Assembly: GCA_903921205.1 (NCBI GenBank)
Contig: CAIXPF010000139.1
Span: forward strand, 7,733-71,732
Direction of reading: 5' to 3'
DNA length: 64,000 nucleotides
DNA from: an uncultured Acidimicrobiia bacterium
GTDB lineage: Bacteria > Actinomycetota > Acidimicrobiia > Acidimicrobiales > CAIXPF01
A program made the position numbers and the translations under genes. Positions within the stretch are counted from its first letter, which is position 1. Every line of letters starts with the position of its first letter. This document shows, piece after piece, positions 8,535 through 17,537 of this stretch. The notes under the pieces were generated by a model, which was not told where the DNA came from, did not search any database, and saw only the letters and a list, made by a program, of their open reading frames with translations.

Positions 8535-9010
8535 CAGAACGGCTCCTCGTCGTAGTCATAGGCCGGCGGTTGATTGGATGCAGGGCGGGCGAAGCTGCCA
8601 CCGGAACCGGGGCCGCCACCTCCCGCGGGGGTGCCGCCATCTCCACGGCGCTCGTTCTTGGTCACCTCGGCCGTGGCCCAACGCAGGGACGGTCCGATCT
8701 CATCGGCGACGACCTCGATCTTCGAGCGACGATCGCCATCCTGGGTTTCCCACGAACGCTGCTCGAGCCGACCCTGCACCAGCACGCGGGAACCGCGACT
8801 CAGCGACTCGGAGATGTTCTCGGCCAGCGTGCCGTAAGCGACCACATCGAAGAAGGAGGTTTCTTCCTTCCACTCATTGGTGTTGCGATCCTGGCGGCGA
8901 CGGTTCACCGCCAAGCCGAACTGGGCGACGGCCATGCCGCCCGGGGTGAACCGCAACTCGGGATCGCGGGTGATGTTGCCGACGAGGTCGACACTGTTTC
9001 CGATCGCCAT
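8534..9010 (-). CDS. ssb: single-stranded DNA-binding protein
   Basis: OB-fold N-terminus [21 protein letters not shown], a Gly-rich linker and an acidic tip DYDEEPF. Confidence 0.95.
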   Translation of the reverse strand: MAIGNSVDLVGNITRDPELRFTPGGMAVAQFGLAVNRRRQDRNTNEWKEETSFFDVVAYGTLAENISESLSRGSRVLVQGRLEQRSWETQDGDRRSKIEVVADEIGPSLRWATAEVTKNERRGDGGTPAGGGGPGSGGSFARPASNQPPAYDYDEEPF

Positions 9011-9025
9011 CGGGCGTGCTCCCGG

Positions 9026-9355
9026 TCAGGAGGCACGCTGACCGAGCAGACCGCGGCGAGCGGCCTCGTGCTCGGGCAGACGCATGGTCTTGTGCCGGAC
9101 GATCTGATCGGCGATCCGGAGGAACCGATCGATGTCGTCGAGGTTCGGGGCCTCGGTCACGATCTCGAGCACGACGTAGTAGCCCTCGAGCTTGTGGTTG
9201 ATCTCGTAGGCGAAGCGGCGGCGACCCCATCGATCGGTGCTCGCCACCTTGCCCTTGCCGGCCGTCACCATCTCGGTGACCCGGTTGAGCATCTGCTGGA
9301 TTCCGGAATCATCGACGTCCGAGTCGAAGATGATCATCATTTCGTAGACCCGCAT
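9026..9355 (-). CDS. rpsF: 30S ribosomal protein S6
   Basis: MRVYEMMIIFDSDVDD...DRWGRRRFAYEINH matches the S6 pattern. First gene of the rpsF-ssb-rpsR-rplI operon. Confidence 0.95.
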   Translation of the reverse strand: MRVYEMMIIFDSDVDDSGIQQMLNRVTEMVTAGKGKVASTDRWGRRRFAYEINHKLEGYYVVLEIVTEAPNLDDIDRFLRIADQIVRHKTMRLPEHEAARRGLLGQRAS

Positions 9356-9558
9356 GCGGGTTGGTACCTCCCTCTGGACCCGGCCGCAGCCGGGGCCCCG
9401 TCCCGATGACGAGGCAGGGTCGTATGAATGGACCCTGCATCATAGCGACCGGGGCGGCACCGACAGCCATTCGGGCCGAACGGGACACCACCGCCGTACC
9501 GCTGCATCATCCGCCCACCGTGTGACAGCGAAGCCGCGGCAGCCGATCGGCAACCCGG

Positions 9559-12057
9559 TCAGCCGGCCCCGCTAGGGGCGGACGAAGTCGGTGGGGACGG
9601 CGCGGTCGTCACCGGCGACGTGGTGGGCGGCGGAGCACTCGATGTCGTCGAAGCCGGGCCCGTGGTCGTGCTGGTGGCGCCCGTCACGGGACGCGAGGTC
9701 GTGGGGGACGGCGTCGTCGTGGAGGGCACCGCAGTCGACGTCGTCGGCACGGCGACCGTGGTCACGGACCGGAACCCACCGGGTGGCACCTTGCCGGAGA
9801 AGTCGCTGACGTCGGTGACCTCGAGCTTGCTGCCCGGGAACTTGGTGGTCGTGGGCAGCTCACAGCCGGGCGTGTCCTTGGTCGCCTCGGTCATGAAGCG
9901 CGACCAGATCTGCGCCGGGAGCGTGCCACCGGCGACGCGGGCCACGCCGTGCACGTCGACCATCGAGGTCACCGGCTGCCCGTCGGTGCCCGGATAGCCC
10001 ATCCACACCGCAGCCGTGAGCATGCCGGTGTCACGGCAGGAATACCCCACGAACCAGGCATCGCGATAGTCCTCGGTGGTGCCGGTCTTGCCCGCGGCGG
10101 GGTTGGGAATGCCCGCCGCCTGACCGGTTCCCCGCTCGATCACGTCGACCATCGCCGTGGTGACGGCGTCGGCCGTCTCGATCTGCAGGACCCGCGTGGG
10201 GTTGTAGGCCGGGGCGGACCACAGCACCTTGCCGGCGGCGTCCTCGACCCGGGTGACCAACTGCGGCTCCACGTAGGAACCCCGCCGGGCGATCGTCGAA
10301 TAGGCGCTCGCCATGTCCTGCACCGAGACCTCACCCGACCCGAGCACCAACGCCGGAACGGGCGCCAGGTCCGCCGTCACCCCCATCCGCTCTGCCAGCG
10401 CCACGACCCTGGCCGCGCCCTCCCGCAGCATGAGCTGGGCGTAGACCGTGTTGGAGGACTGGGCCAGGGCGTCGATCAGGTTGTAGCGGCCCGACGTGGA
10501 ACCTCCCCCCGAAACCTCCCAGTCCTGGCCGTTGTTCGCCCCCTTGAAGACGACCTGGGACGGGGCCGGGAAGGTCGACTGCGCCGACAGACCGTCCTCC
10601 AGCGCGGCGGCGAGGGCGAAGGGCTTGAAGGTCGAACCCGGCTGTCGGCCCGAACCACCGCCGAGTCGTCCGGTGGCCAGGTTCACCTGCGACCGGCTGA
10701 AGTCCTTGCCGCCGACCATCGCCACGATGCGGCCACGGTCGTCCTCCGCCACCAGCGAGCCGGCCGGGTCGCCCTCCTCGTTGAGGATGCCCTCGATCGG
10801 TGGTCCCGCAGCAGCGTTGCGGCCGTACACCGTCGCATACGCCGCATCCTGGAGGGTTCGATCGAGGGTCGTGTAGACCCGCAGCCCCCCGGTGAAAACC
10901 TGCTGCGCACCGAAACGGTTCAACAGCCACTGGCGCACGGCGTCGACGAAGTACTCCGCGCCCGCACCCTCGTAGTAGAGCTGGCTGCCGTCAGCGGACT
11001 CGAGGCGTGGTTGGACGTACCCGTTGACCTGATCCTCCGCCAGACGCAATGGCAACGCCTGGGCCGCTTGGCGCTGCTGGTCGGTGATGTAGCCCTCCTC
11101 GACCATGCCGTCGAGCACCGAATCGCGTCGGAAGGCTGCCTCCTCCGGATCGAAGTAGGCGTCGGCGGTCTCGGGCGAGCGGATCAGGCCGGCCAGATAG
11201 ACCGCCTTGGCCAACCCCTTGGCACTGGTCGCCGGAGTGTCGTAGTCGGCGCCGACGAACTCGATGCCGTGGCCGAAGTAGGCGTTCGAGGCCGCCTCGA
11301 CCCCGTAGGCCCCTCGCCCGAAGTAGATCGTGTTCAGATAGTCGGTGAGGATCTCTTCCTTGGAGCGGACCCGCTCGAGCTTCACGGCGAGCACCGCCTC
11401 GCGCAGCTTGCGGGAGAGGCTGCGTTCCTGGGTCAGGAAGGCGTTCTTGACGTACTGCTGGGTGATGGTCGACCCACCCTGCAGTCCGCCCCGGTTCTGC
11501 AGGTCACGAACCACGGCCCGAGCGATGCCGAAGGGGTCGATCCCACTGTGGCGGAAGTAGTCGCGGTCCTCCGCCGCCAGCACCGCCGCCACGACCACCG
11601 GCGGGATCTGCTCGTAGGGCACCACCACCCGATCCACCTCGGCCCGGAGACTGGCGATCTCGTTGCCGCGCGAGCAGCCCGAGGTCACCTCCGCCGAGCA
11701 GAGGTAGGTGGTCTGCGCCAGGTCCGGTGTGGGCGGCAACTGCACCCGGGAGACGACCACGACGACCCCGACGAGCGCCAGGACCGACAGCACCGCGGTG
11801 GCCACCAGCACGCGCCTCCAGCGCCACAAGACGTTGCGTCGTACCCGGCGACGGCGGTGCTGCTCGAGGCGGCGGACGTGCTTCTGTTCCTGTCGCGCAG
11901 CCTTGCGCAACGACACAGGCTCGGCGGACCCGCCCGCAGCCGCACCCGCGCGGCCCCGCGTCGCACCCCCGGTTCGGGCGGTCTTGGCACCGGTCTTCGA
12001 ACGGGAGCTGGACGAGGACGATCGACGCTTCGCTCCCGACCGGTCCGATGCCGTCAT
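9559..12057 (-). CDS. class A penicillin-binding protein (glycosyltransferase plus transpeptidase)
   Basis: GT51 motifs (AAEDRDYFRHSGIDP, GGSTITQQYVKN, RKLREA). Transpeptidase motifs (STFKP, SSN, KTGT). N-terminal TM and a Pro/Thr/Ser-rich tail. Start set to ATG 12055-12057, which overlaps the upstream stop (ATGA). Confidence 0.9.
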   Translation of the reverse strand: MTASDRSGAKRRSSSSSSRSKTGAKTARTGGATRGRAGAAAGGSAEPVSLRKAARQEQKHVRRLEQHRRRRVRRNVLWRWRRVLVATAVLSVLALVGVVVVVSRVQLPPTPDLAQTTYLCSAEVTSGCSRGNEIASLRAEVDRVVVPYEQIPPVVVAAVLAAEDRDYFRHSGIDPFGIARAVVRDLQNRGGLQGGSTITQQYVKNAFLTQERSLSRKLREAVLAVKLERVRSKEEILTDYLNTIYFGRGAYGVEAASNAYFGHGIEFVGADYDTPATSAKGLAKAVYLAGLIRSPETADAYFDPEEAAFRRDSVLDGMVEEGYITDQQRQAAQALPLRLAEDQVNGYVQPRLESADGSQLYYEGAGAEYFVDAVRQWLLNRFGAQQVFTGGLRVYTTLDRTLQDAAYATVYGRNAAAGPPIEGILNEEGDPAGSLVAEDDRGRIVAMVGGKDFSRSQVNLATGRLGGGSGRQPGSTFKPFALAAALEDGLSAQSTFPAPSQVVFKGANNGQDWEVSGGGSTSGRYNLIDALAQSSNTVYAQLMLREGAARVVALAERMGVTADLAPVPALVLGSGEVSVQDMASAYSTIARRGSYVEPQLVTRVEDAAGKVLWSAPAYNPTRVLQIETADAVTTAMVDVIERGTGQAAGIPNPAAGKTGTTEDYRDAWFVGYSCRDTGMLTAAVWMGYPGTDGQPVTSMVDVHGVARVAGGTLPAQIWSRFMTEATKDTPGCELPTTTKFPGSKLEVTDVSDFSGKVPPGGFRSVTTVAVPTTSTAVPSTTTPSPTTSRPVTGATSTTTGPASTTSSAPPPTTSPVTTAPSPPTSSAPSGAG

Positions 12058-12479
12058 TCTGGACGAACCGGGGCGAGCGGGAACACCTTGGCCAGGTGGT
12101 TCCAACTGCAGGCCGGACACACCTCGACGACGTAACAGGTGAAGGGCTGCTTGTGCCGCCGCGCACTCTTGGTCAGGGACGACAACTCCTTGAGGGTTGC
12201 CACACAACGGCCGAACGCCGGCAGGGTCGGACCGAACACGTAGGTGACGAGTACCAACTCGTGGTCGGCGCAGATGGGGCAGGGTTCCGTGGTCGGGCGG
12301 CTGTAGAGCTGCGCCGCTCGCCGCAACTCGGGATGGGCGTCACAGATTTCCGACTGGGACAGCCGTCCCTTTCGATACTCGGCCAGGACCGCGCGGCGGG
12401 CGAGGCGGTAGTCGACCGTCCCCGCTGCGCGATGGTCGCCGGCCGATGTCGAACCGGGGCTGAAGCTCACAGCGATCAA
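12054..12479 (-). CDS. DUF5318-type Cys-rich protein (Rv0049-like PBP partner)
   Basis: VDYRLARRAVLAEYRKGRLSQSEICDAHPELRRAA plus CPIC...CPAC pairs. Translationally coupled to the PBP, as upstream of ponA1 in mycobacteria. TTG start at 12479 is uncertain. Confidence 0.65.
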   Translation of the reverse strand: MIAVSFSPGSTSAGDHRAAGTVDYRLARRAVLAEYRKGRLSQSEICDAHPELRRAAQLYSRPTTEPCPICADHELVLVTYVFGPTLPAFGRCVATLKELSSLTKSARRHKQPFTCYVVEVCPACSWNHLAKVFPLAPVRPE

Positions 12480-12503
12480 GGCTAGAGGCTCCGTCGGGCC
12501 CAG

Positions 12504-13292
12504 ATGCCGCGACCATCGCCCATGCCCGAACGACCGGGCGGACCGGCCGGGATCACGATCACCCCGCGCCCAGCTTCTAACGTCGGGCCGATGGCACCCG
12601 CGAGAACGTCCCGCAACGGCGGAAACAGCACGGCGGCGAGCGAACCGATCGCCGCATGGATCGCCGAGGCACCCGCCGAATCGGCCGAGCTGCGCTACGG
12701 ACCGGTTCCGGCCGACGAAGGCTCCCTACGCCTGCTCGGTCAACTGAACGGCAAGCGGGTGCTGCTGCTCGGGTCCGGTAGCGGGGCACTGCCCGTGCTG
12801 GCCGCCCAACGCGGGGCCAAGGTCATCTGCGTCGAGCCCGACGACGCCCTGTTGGCCCAGGCCCGGCTCTGTTGTGCCGAGGCGGGCCTCAACCTCGAGA
12901 TGTCCCAACGCGACTTCGCCGAGCTCGCCTCGGTGCGGGCCGACACGGTCGACCTGGTGCTGTCGGTGCTCGAGCTGGCCGGGGTTGCCGACCTCACCCG
13001 TGTGTTCCGCCAGGTGCACCGGGTGCTGCACCCCGAGGCTCCGCTGGTCTTCAGCCTGCCCCACCCCACTCGCGCCGTGGCCGCCGGTGCCACCCTCCCC
13101 CTCCCGTGGACGCGCAACGGTCACCACGGCCTCGACCACGGTCATTCGATCGAGGCGGTGTTCACCGCCCTGATCCGCACCGGCTTCCGGGTCGACAACC
13201 TCCTCGAGCTCCATGACGACCGCTCGAACCCGTTCCCTGCGGTGCTGCTCGTTCGCGCCCGGCGCCTCGGCGCCCATCCAGGGGCCTCCTGA
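12504..13292 (+). CDS. class I SAM-dependent methyltransferase
   Basis: Motif I VLLLGSGSGALPVLAAQRGAKVICVEPD and post-I/II blocks. Start uncertain because internal Met residues are available. Confidence 0.72.
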   Translation: MPRPSPMPERPGGPAGITITPRPASNVGPMAPARTSRNGGNSTAASEPIAAWIAEAPAESAELRYGPVPADEGSLRLLGQLNGKRVLLLGSGSGALPVLAAQRGAKVICVEPDDALLAQARLCCAEAGLNLEMSQRDFAELASVRADTVDLVLSVLELAGVADLTRVFRQVHRVLHPEAPLVFSLPHPTRAVAAGATLPLPWTRNGHHGLDHGHSIEAVFTALIRTGFRVDNLLELHDDRSNPFPAVLLVRARRLGAHPGAS

Positions 13293-13360
13293 ACGACCCG
13301 GTCGGCCCGGCGGTCACCGACTCGGCCCGCGATCGACGTGGGTCCCCGCGCCCAGGACGC

Positions 13361-14365
13361 TCAGCGCAGCCCGTACAGCCGAGCGACGGCATCGACCACC
13401 TCACCACCCGGCCCGCCCGAGGTGGACGGCTCCGGCCGAACCGGGGTGCCGGCCAAGGCGCCGAGGCACGCGGCCGTGGAGTGCACGACGGCCCACAGGT
13501 CGTACCCGCCCTCGAGGAACACCAGCCGATGACCCGCCGGAGCCAGGGCCATGACCTCTCGGGTCAGGTCGGCGTAGTCGCCGGCCGTGAGGCCGAGCTC
13601 GGTGATCGGATCGTCCCGGTGTCCGTCGAACCCGGCCGACAGCAGCACCCAGGTCGGCTTCCACTGCTCGGCGAGCGGCACCACCACCTCATCCACGGCT
13701 CGTCGGTACACGTCACCGGTTGCACCCGCAGGCAGTGGGAAGTTCACCGTCGTGCCGAGCCCGTCGCCACGGCCCCGTTCCTGCAGGCTGCCGGTACCGG
13801 GATACAGCGGGTACTGGTGCAAGGAGACGAACAGGACACGCGGGTCCTCGTAGAAGGCGTCTTGGGTGCCGTTGCCGTGGTGGGCGTCGTAGTCGACCAC
13901 AAGCACCCGCTCCCCCGCCTCGGCCAGCGTCGCCGCCGCCACCGCCAGGTTGTTGAACAGGCAGAACCCCATGCCCCGGGTCGGGGTTGCGTGGTGGCCG
14001 GGCGGGCGAACCGCGCAGAACGCCGCGTCTCCCTCGCCTCGCTGCAGCCGTTCGATCGCCTCGAGTCCGGACCCGGCGGCGCGCAACGCCGCCTCGAAAG
14101 AGGCCGGGACAACCGGTGTGTCCGGGTCGAGGTTGCCACCGCCCGCTGCGCAGAACCGTTCGAGCGCCTCGACATACTCCGCGGGATGGACACGGGACAG
14201 CTCGGCGTGCGACGCCTGCCGTGGCTCGAAACCCACGATCGCCTCACCGAGTCCGGCTGTCTCGATGCCTTTGCCGACCGCCGCCAGCCGACCGGGACGT
14301 TCCGGATGACTCTCGCCGGTGTTGTGCTCGAGGCAGGCCGGGTGTGTCGCTACCAGCACGGTCAC
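13361..14365 (-). CDS. histone deacetylase family (AcuC/acetylpolyamine amidohydrolase-like) protein
   Basis: HPERPGRL, VRPPGHHA, VVDYDAHHGNGTQ and GFDGHRDDP motifs. The long N-terminal extension of ORF 13361..14929 is antisense to the GNAT gene, so the start is trimmed to GTG 14363-14365 (VTVLVATHP). Confidence 0.82.
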   Translation of the reverse strand: MTVLVATHPACLEHNTGESHPERPGRLAAVGKGIETAGLGEAIVGFEPRQASHAELSRVHPAEYVEALERFCAAGGGNLDPDTPVVPASFEAALRAAGSGLEAIERLQRGEGDAAFCAVRPPGHHATPTRGMGFCLFNNLAVAAATLAEAGERVLVVDYDAHHGNGTQDAFYEDPRVLFVSLHQYPLYPGTGSLQERGRGDGLGTTVNFPLPAGATGDVYRRAVDEVVVPLAEQWKPTWVLLSAGFDGHRDDPITELGLTAGDYADLTREVMALAPAGHRLVFLEGGYDLWAVVHSTAACLGALAGTPVRPEPSTSGGPGGEVVDAVARLYGLR

Positions 14366-14468
14366 ACCCGACAGGGTACCGGCCCGGGCGAACGCGGGCC
14401 GATGACGGCTCCCGGCGCTGACCGCTCGCCGGTCGGGCCGACTACGCTGGCCCTTTCTCCCCGGGGCG

Positions 14469-15251
14469 GTGACCTCGGGCGGGTGCTGCAGGTCACCCGG
14501 CGATTGCGTACCGGAGGAAGCGTTGGTCTCGGCCGGCTCCGCTGAACTGATTGCCCTCGAAGGGCAGCACCTGCGGCTCGGCCCGTGGCGAGGCAGCCAC
14601 GACGTCGCGTACCTCGCCCTGTTGGGCGAACCGCGTCGCCGCGTGCTCGAAGCTGCACTCGAGCGCGTCCGGGCCCGGGGGTTCAGCCAGGTCATCACCT
14701 CCGCCGTGGCCGAACCCGACATCGACCCGTTCGTAGAACTCGGCTTCGTCGAGCACGAACGACTGCACCTGCTGGCCCACGACATCAGCGGGGTCCGCCC
14801 GGTCAGCTGGCGGGCCACCCGTCGCGCCCGGCCGGCCGACCGGTCCGACGTGTTGCGCATCGACCGGGCTGCGTTCGAACCGTTCTGGCAGCTCGATGCC
14901 GAAGGTCTGGCCGATGCCATCGGTGCCACGCCGGCGAGCCGCTACCGGGTCACCACCGACGGCAAGCGGCCGACCGGTTACGCCGTGTTCGGGCTGGCCG
15001 CCCGCCGGGGGTACCTGCAACGCCTCGCCGTCGACCCCGACTACACCGGCCGCGGCCTGGCCTCGCTGCTGATTCGCGACGGGCTCAACTGGTTGTCGCA
15101 TCGAGGGGCGACGAGCGCCCTGGTCAACACCCAGATCGTCAACGAACGAGCGCTCCGGGTCTATCTGGACCACGGCTTCGTGCTGCAGCCGTATCAGCTC
15201 GTCGTGTTGACCGCCTCCCTGGCGGACAGCCGCGGAGCACCGACTCGATGA
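14469..15251 (+). CDS. GNAT family N-acetyltransferase
   Basis: Acetyl-CoA binding block LQRLAVDPDYTGRGLASLLIRDGLNWL and a C-terminal NERALRVYLDHGF. Divergent from the deacetylase gene. Confidence 0.75.
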   Translation: MTSGGCCRSPGDCVPEEALVSAGSAELIALEGQHLRLGPWRGSHDVAYLALLGEPRRRVLEAALERVRARGFSQVITSAVAEPDIDPFVELGFVEHERLHLLAHDISGVRPVSWRATRRARPADRSDVLRIDRAAFEPFWQLDAEGLADAIGATPASRYRVTTDGKRPTGYAVFGLAARRGYLQRLAVDPDYTGRGLASLLIRDGLNWLSHRGATSALVNTQIVNERALRVYLDHGFVLQPYQLVVLTASLADSRGAPTR

Positions 15252-17482
15252 GGGCTCGGCACACCGACGAACCCCACCACCGTCGTCCTCGGGCAGTGCG
15301 GGCGGCATCGCGTCGGTCGTGGGGCCGCAGGACGACCAGGCCGGCTGGCGCACGTGCGATCGCAATGGTCGCGCTGGTGCTCGGCCTGCTCTCGCCGGGC
15401 GTCGGAACCGTGGGTGCACAATCGACGACACCGTCGCCGTCGCCGGCACTCGGCGAGTCCGGCACCATCGGTCGCGGACCACGGCTCGAGCTGATCGACC
15501 AGGACAACTGGATCGGCCCGCGGGGCACGTTCCGTATGGTGCTCGGCGTCGTGGTACCCGACCCGGAGTACTCGCTGCAGGCCCGGCTGTTCCCCGCCGT
15601 CGCCAGCGCCGAGGCCGTGCTGGGCAACGAGGGTCTCCCGCCGAAGGTCAGACCCCTCGACCGCTTCGCCAACCTGACCCTGCCCGCCGGTACCACGACC
15701 CAGCGCCTCGAGCTCACCGTCGTGCCCGAGGCCGACGGCACCTTCGGCGACCCCTATGTCCTCGATCCCGGCGTCTACCCGATCGAGGTGCGGTTGTTCG
15801 ATCCGGATGGCGAGATCGTCGGATCGTTGATCACCTACCTCGTCCATCTCCCCCAATCCCTCTTGGTCGAGCCGATCCCCGTCGCGGTCATCAGCGACCT
15901 GCGCGTCCCACCGGAGCGCACCAGCAGCGGCGGCGTGCAACTCTCCGCCGAGACGGCCACACGGCTGCAACGCCAACTCGACGGGCTCAATCGCTTCGGT
16001 GACGTGCCGGTGACCGTACAGGTGCACCCCGAAACGGTCGGCGCCCTGGTCGAGTCGCGTACGGGCAACGGCGGCGCACCCCTTTCGGAGATCCTTCGTC
16101 TGACCGGATCGGGCGGTACCGCCGAGGTTCTCGGCGGTACCTACGTCGGGTTCGACGAGGCAGCATGGGTGGGCGATCAGCAACACGATCGCCTGCAGCG
16201 CGAGCTCGCCGCCGGCAGCGGCAGCCTCGACAATGCCCAACTCCGACATCGGCGGGACACCGCCGCCCTCGTCGGACCGACCGAGGCGGTCGTGCTGAGT
16301 CACCTGGCGCAGCTCGGCATTTCACGTGTGGTCAGCAATCCTGGCGGCACCCACGCAAGGACCGGCATCGGGTTCGGACCTGGTCCGGCAGTCCTGCCCG
16401 AACGCCCGGACCAGTCGGTACTCGCCGCTCCGGTCCTCCAGCTCGACGACCGCGGCCCTGAGCGCACCGGAGCGCCTGGCGTGCTCGATGCCCACCGACT
16501 GCTCACGGCTCTCGTCGTCGGGGCCATCGGTGGTGATCATCGCTCCCGTCAGGTCCGCCTCGGCCGGGATGTCGATCTCGGCGGTTCCTTCGTCAGCACG
16601 CTCCTGGGTGCGCTGGCGACACCCGGGCCACTCGAGCCGGTCACGGTAGGTGGTCTGTTCGACGATCGAGCCAGCTACGGCCCACCCGCGGCTGCGCCGA
16701 TCGCGCCGGGCGCACCCGGTGGCAGCGTCCCTCGGAGCGACGAACTCGCCGCAACATCAACCCGGGTCGAGGGACTTCGCACGCTCCTGGGTGAGGATCG
16801 CACTGCCGACTCGCTGCAGGCCGAACTACTCCTGGTCCCATCGAAAGACCTCAGCGAACAGGACGCACAGGCGCTGATCGACGACGTCGAGACCAAACTC
16901 CGATCGATCACCGACAATGTCGCGTTGCCCGACAGCCAGGCGTTCACCACCACCTCACACGAAACCGCGCTACCCCTGGTCGTTCGTAACGGCTACACCC
17001 AGCCACTCCGCGTGCTGCTGACCCTCGACAGTGGCGAGCTCGAGTTCACGGGACCGAACCCGATGGCCGTCACCCTGCAGCCAGGACCGAACGACCTCGA
17101 GGTTCCGATCAAGACCCGGCGGTCCGGCGAGTTCGACTTCGACATCCAGGTGACTTCACCGGACGGCGCTATCACTCTGGGTGACATCGACGTGCGCGTC
17201 CAGTCTCGTGCGATCTCCGGGGCCGGACTCCTCCTGTCCATCAGCGCCTTGCTCTTCCTCGTCGTGTGGTGGCTCAGGAACGCACATAGACGGCGACGAC
17301 GTCCTCCGGCCCCGCACGATGACATCGCTGCCTCCCCCACCCTCACCGATGACGAGGGTTTCCCGGTATCGGACGGCGCCGCCTCGAGCCGAACCCTCGA
17401 TGACGCGCACCTCCATGACGAAGCCCAGAGCGGGCCGGACGCCGTCGCCACAGCAGACCAGAGCGGGAGATCGTCGCCGTGA
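15248..17482 (+). CDS. large exported/membrane-anchored protein, Rv3909-like (DUF6049-type)
   Basis: ATG 15248 overlaps the GNAT stop (ATGA). Signal-like AIAMVALVLGLLSPGVGTVGAQS. C-terminal TM LLLSISALLFLVVWWL followed by an RRRRR stop-transfer. Its position upstream of the kinase/trxB/trxA/cwlM block matches actinobacterial synteny. The family name is recalled, not searched. Confidence 0.6.
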   Translation: MRARHTDEPHHRRPRAVRAASRRSWGRRTTRPAGARAIAMVALVLGLLSPGVGTVGAQSTTPSPSPALGESGTIGRGPRLELIDQDNWIGPRGTFRMVLGVVVPDPEYSLQARLFPAVASAEAVLGNEGLPPKVRPLDRFANLTLPAGTTTQRLELTVVPEADGTFGDPYVLDPGVYPIEVRLFDPDGEIVGSLITYLVHLPQSLLVEPIPVAVISDLRVPPERTSSGGVQLSAETATRLQRQLDGLNRFGDVPVTVQVHPETVGALVESRTGNGGAPLSEILRLTGSGGTAEVLGGTYVGFDEAAWVGDQQHDRLQRELAAGSGSLDNAQLRHRRDTAALVGPTEAVVLSHLAQLGISRVVSNPGGTHARTGIGFGPGPAVLPERPDQSVLAAPVLQLDDRGPERTGAPGVLDAHRLLTALVVGAIGGDHRSRQVRLGRDVDLGGSFVSTLLGALATPGPLEPVTVGGLFDDRASYGPPAAAPIAPGAPGGSVPRSDELAATSTRVEGLRTLLGEDRTADSLQAELLLVPSKDLSEQDAQALIDDVETKLRSITDNVALPDSQAFTTTSHETALPLVVRNGYTQPLRVLLTLDSGELEFTGPNPMAVTLQPGPNDLEVPIKTRRSGEFDFDIQVTSPDGAITLGDIDVRVQSRAISGAGLLLSISALLFLVVWWLRNAHRRRRRPPAPHDDIAASPTLTDDEGFPVSDGAASSRTLDDAHLHDEAQSGPDAVATADQSGRSSP

Positions 17483-17537
17483 GCTGCGCATCTTCCCTCA
17501 ACTCCCAGCGTCACCGGCGCGAGCATGGGGGTTGCCG

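Noticed and set aside
14366-14929. N-terminal 188 residues of ORF 13361..14929 (deacetylase)
   Set aside because: This stretch is antisense to the GNAT gene and is low-complexity Ser/Arg/Pro-rich. HDAC homology begins at VTVLVATHP, so the start was moved to GTG 14365.
14585-15247. Upstream 221 residues of ORF 14585..17482
   Set aside because: It overlaps the GNAT coding frame out of phase. An ATG at 15248 forming an ATGA junction with the GNAT stop, followed by a signal peptide, is the more sensible start.
16318-16331. parS-like atttcacgtgtggt inside the Rv3909-like gene
   Set aside because: Only the left half and centre match (about 9/14 to GTTTCACGTGAAAC), and the right half is unrelated. 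It is probably chance.
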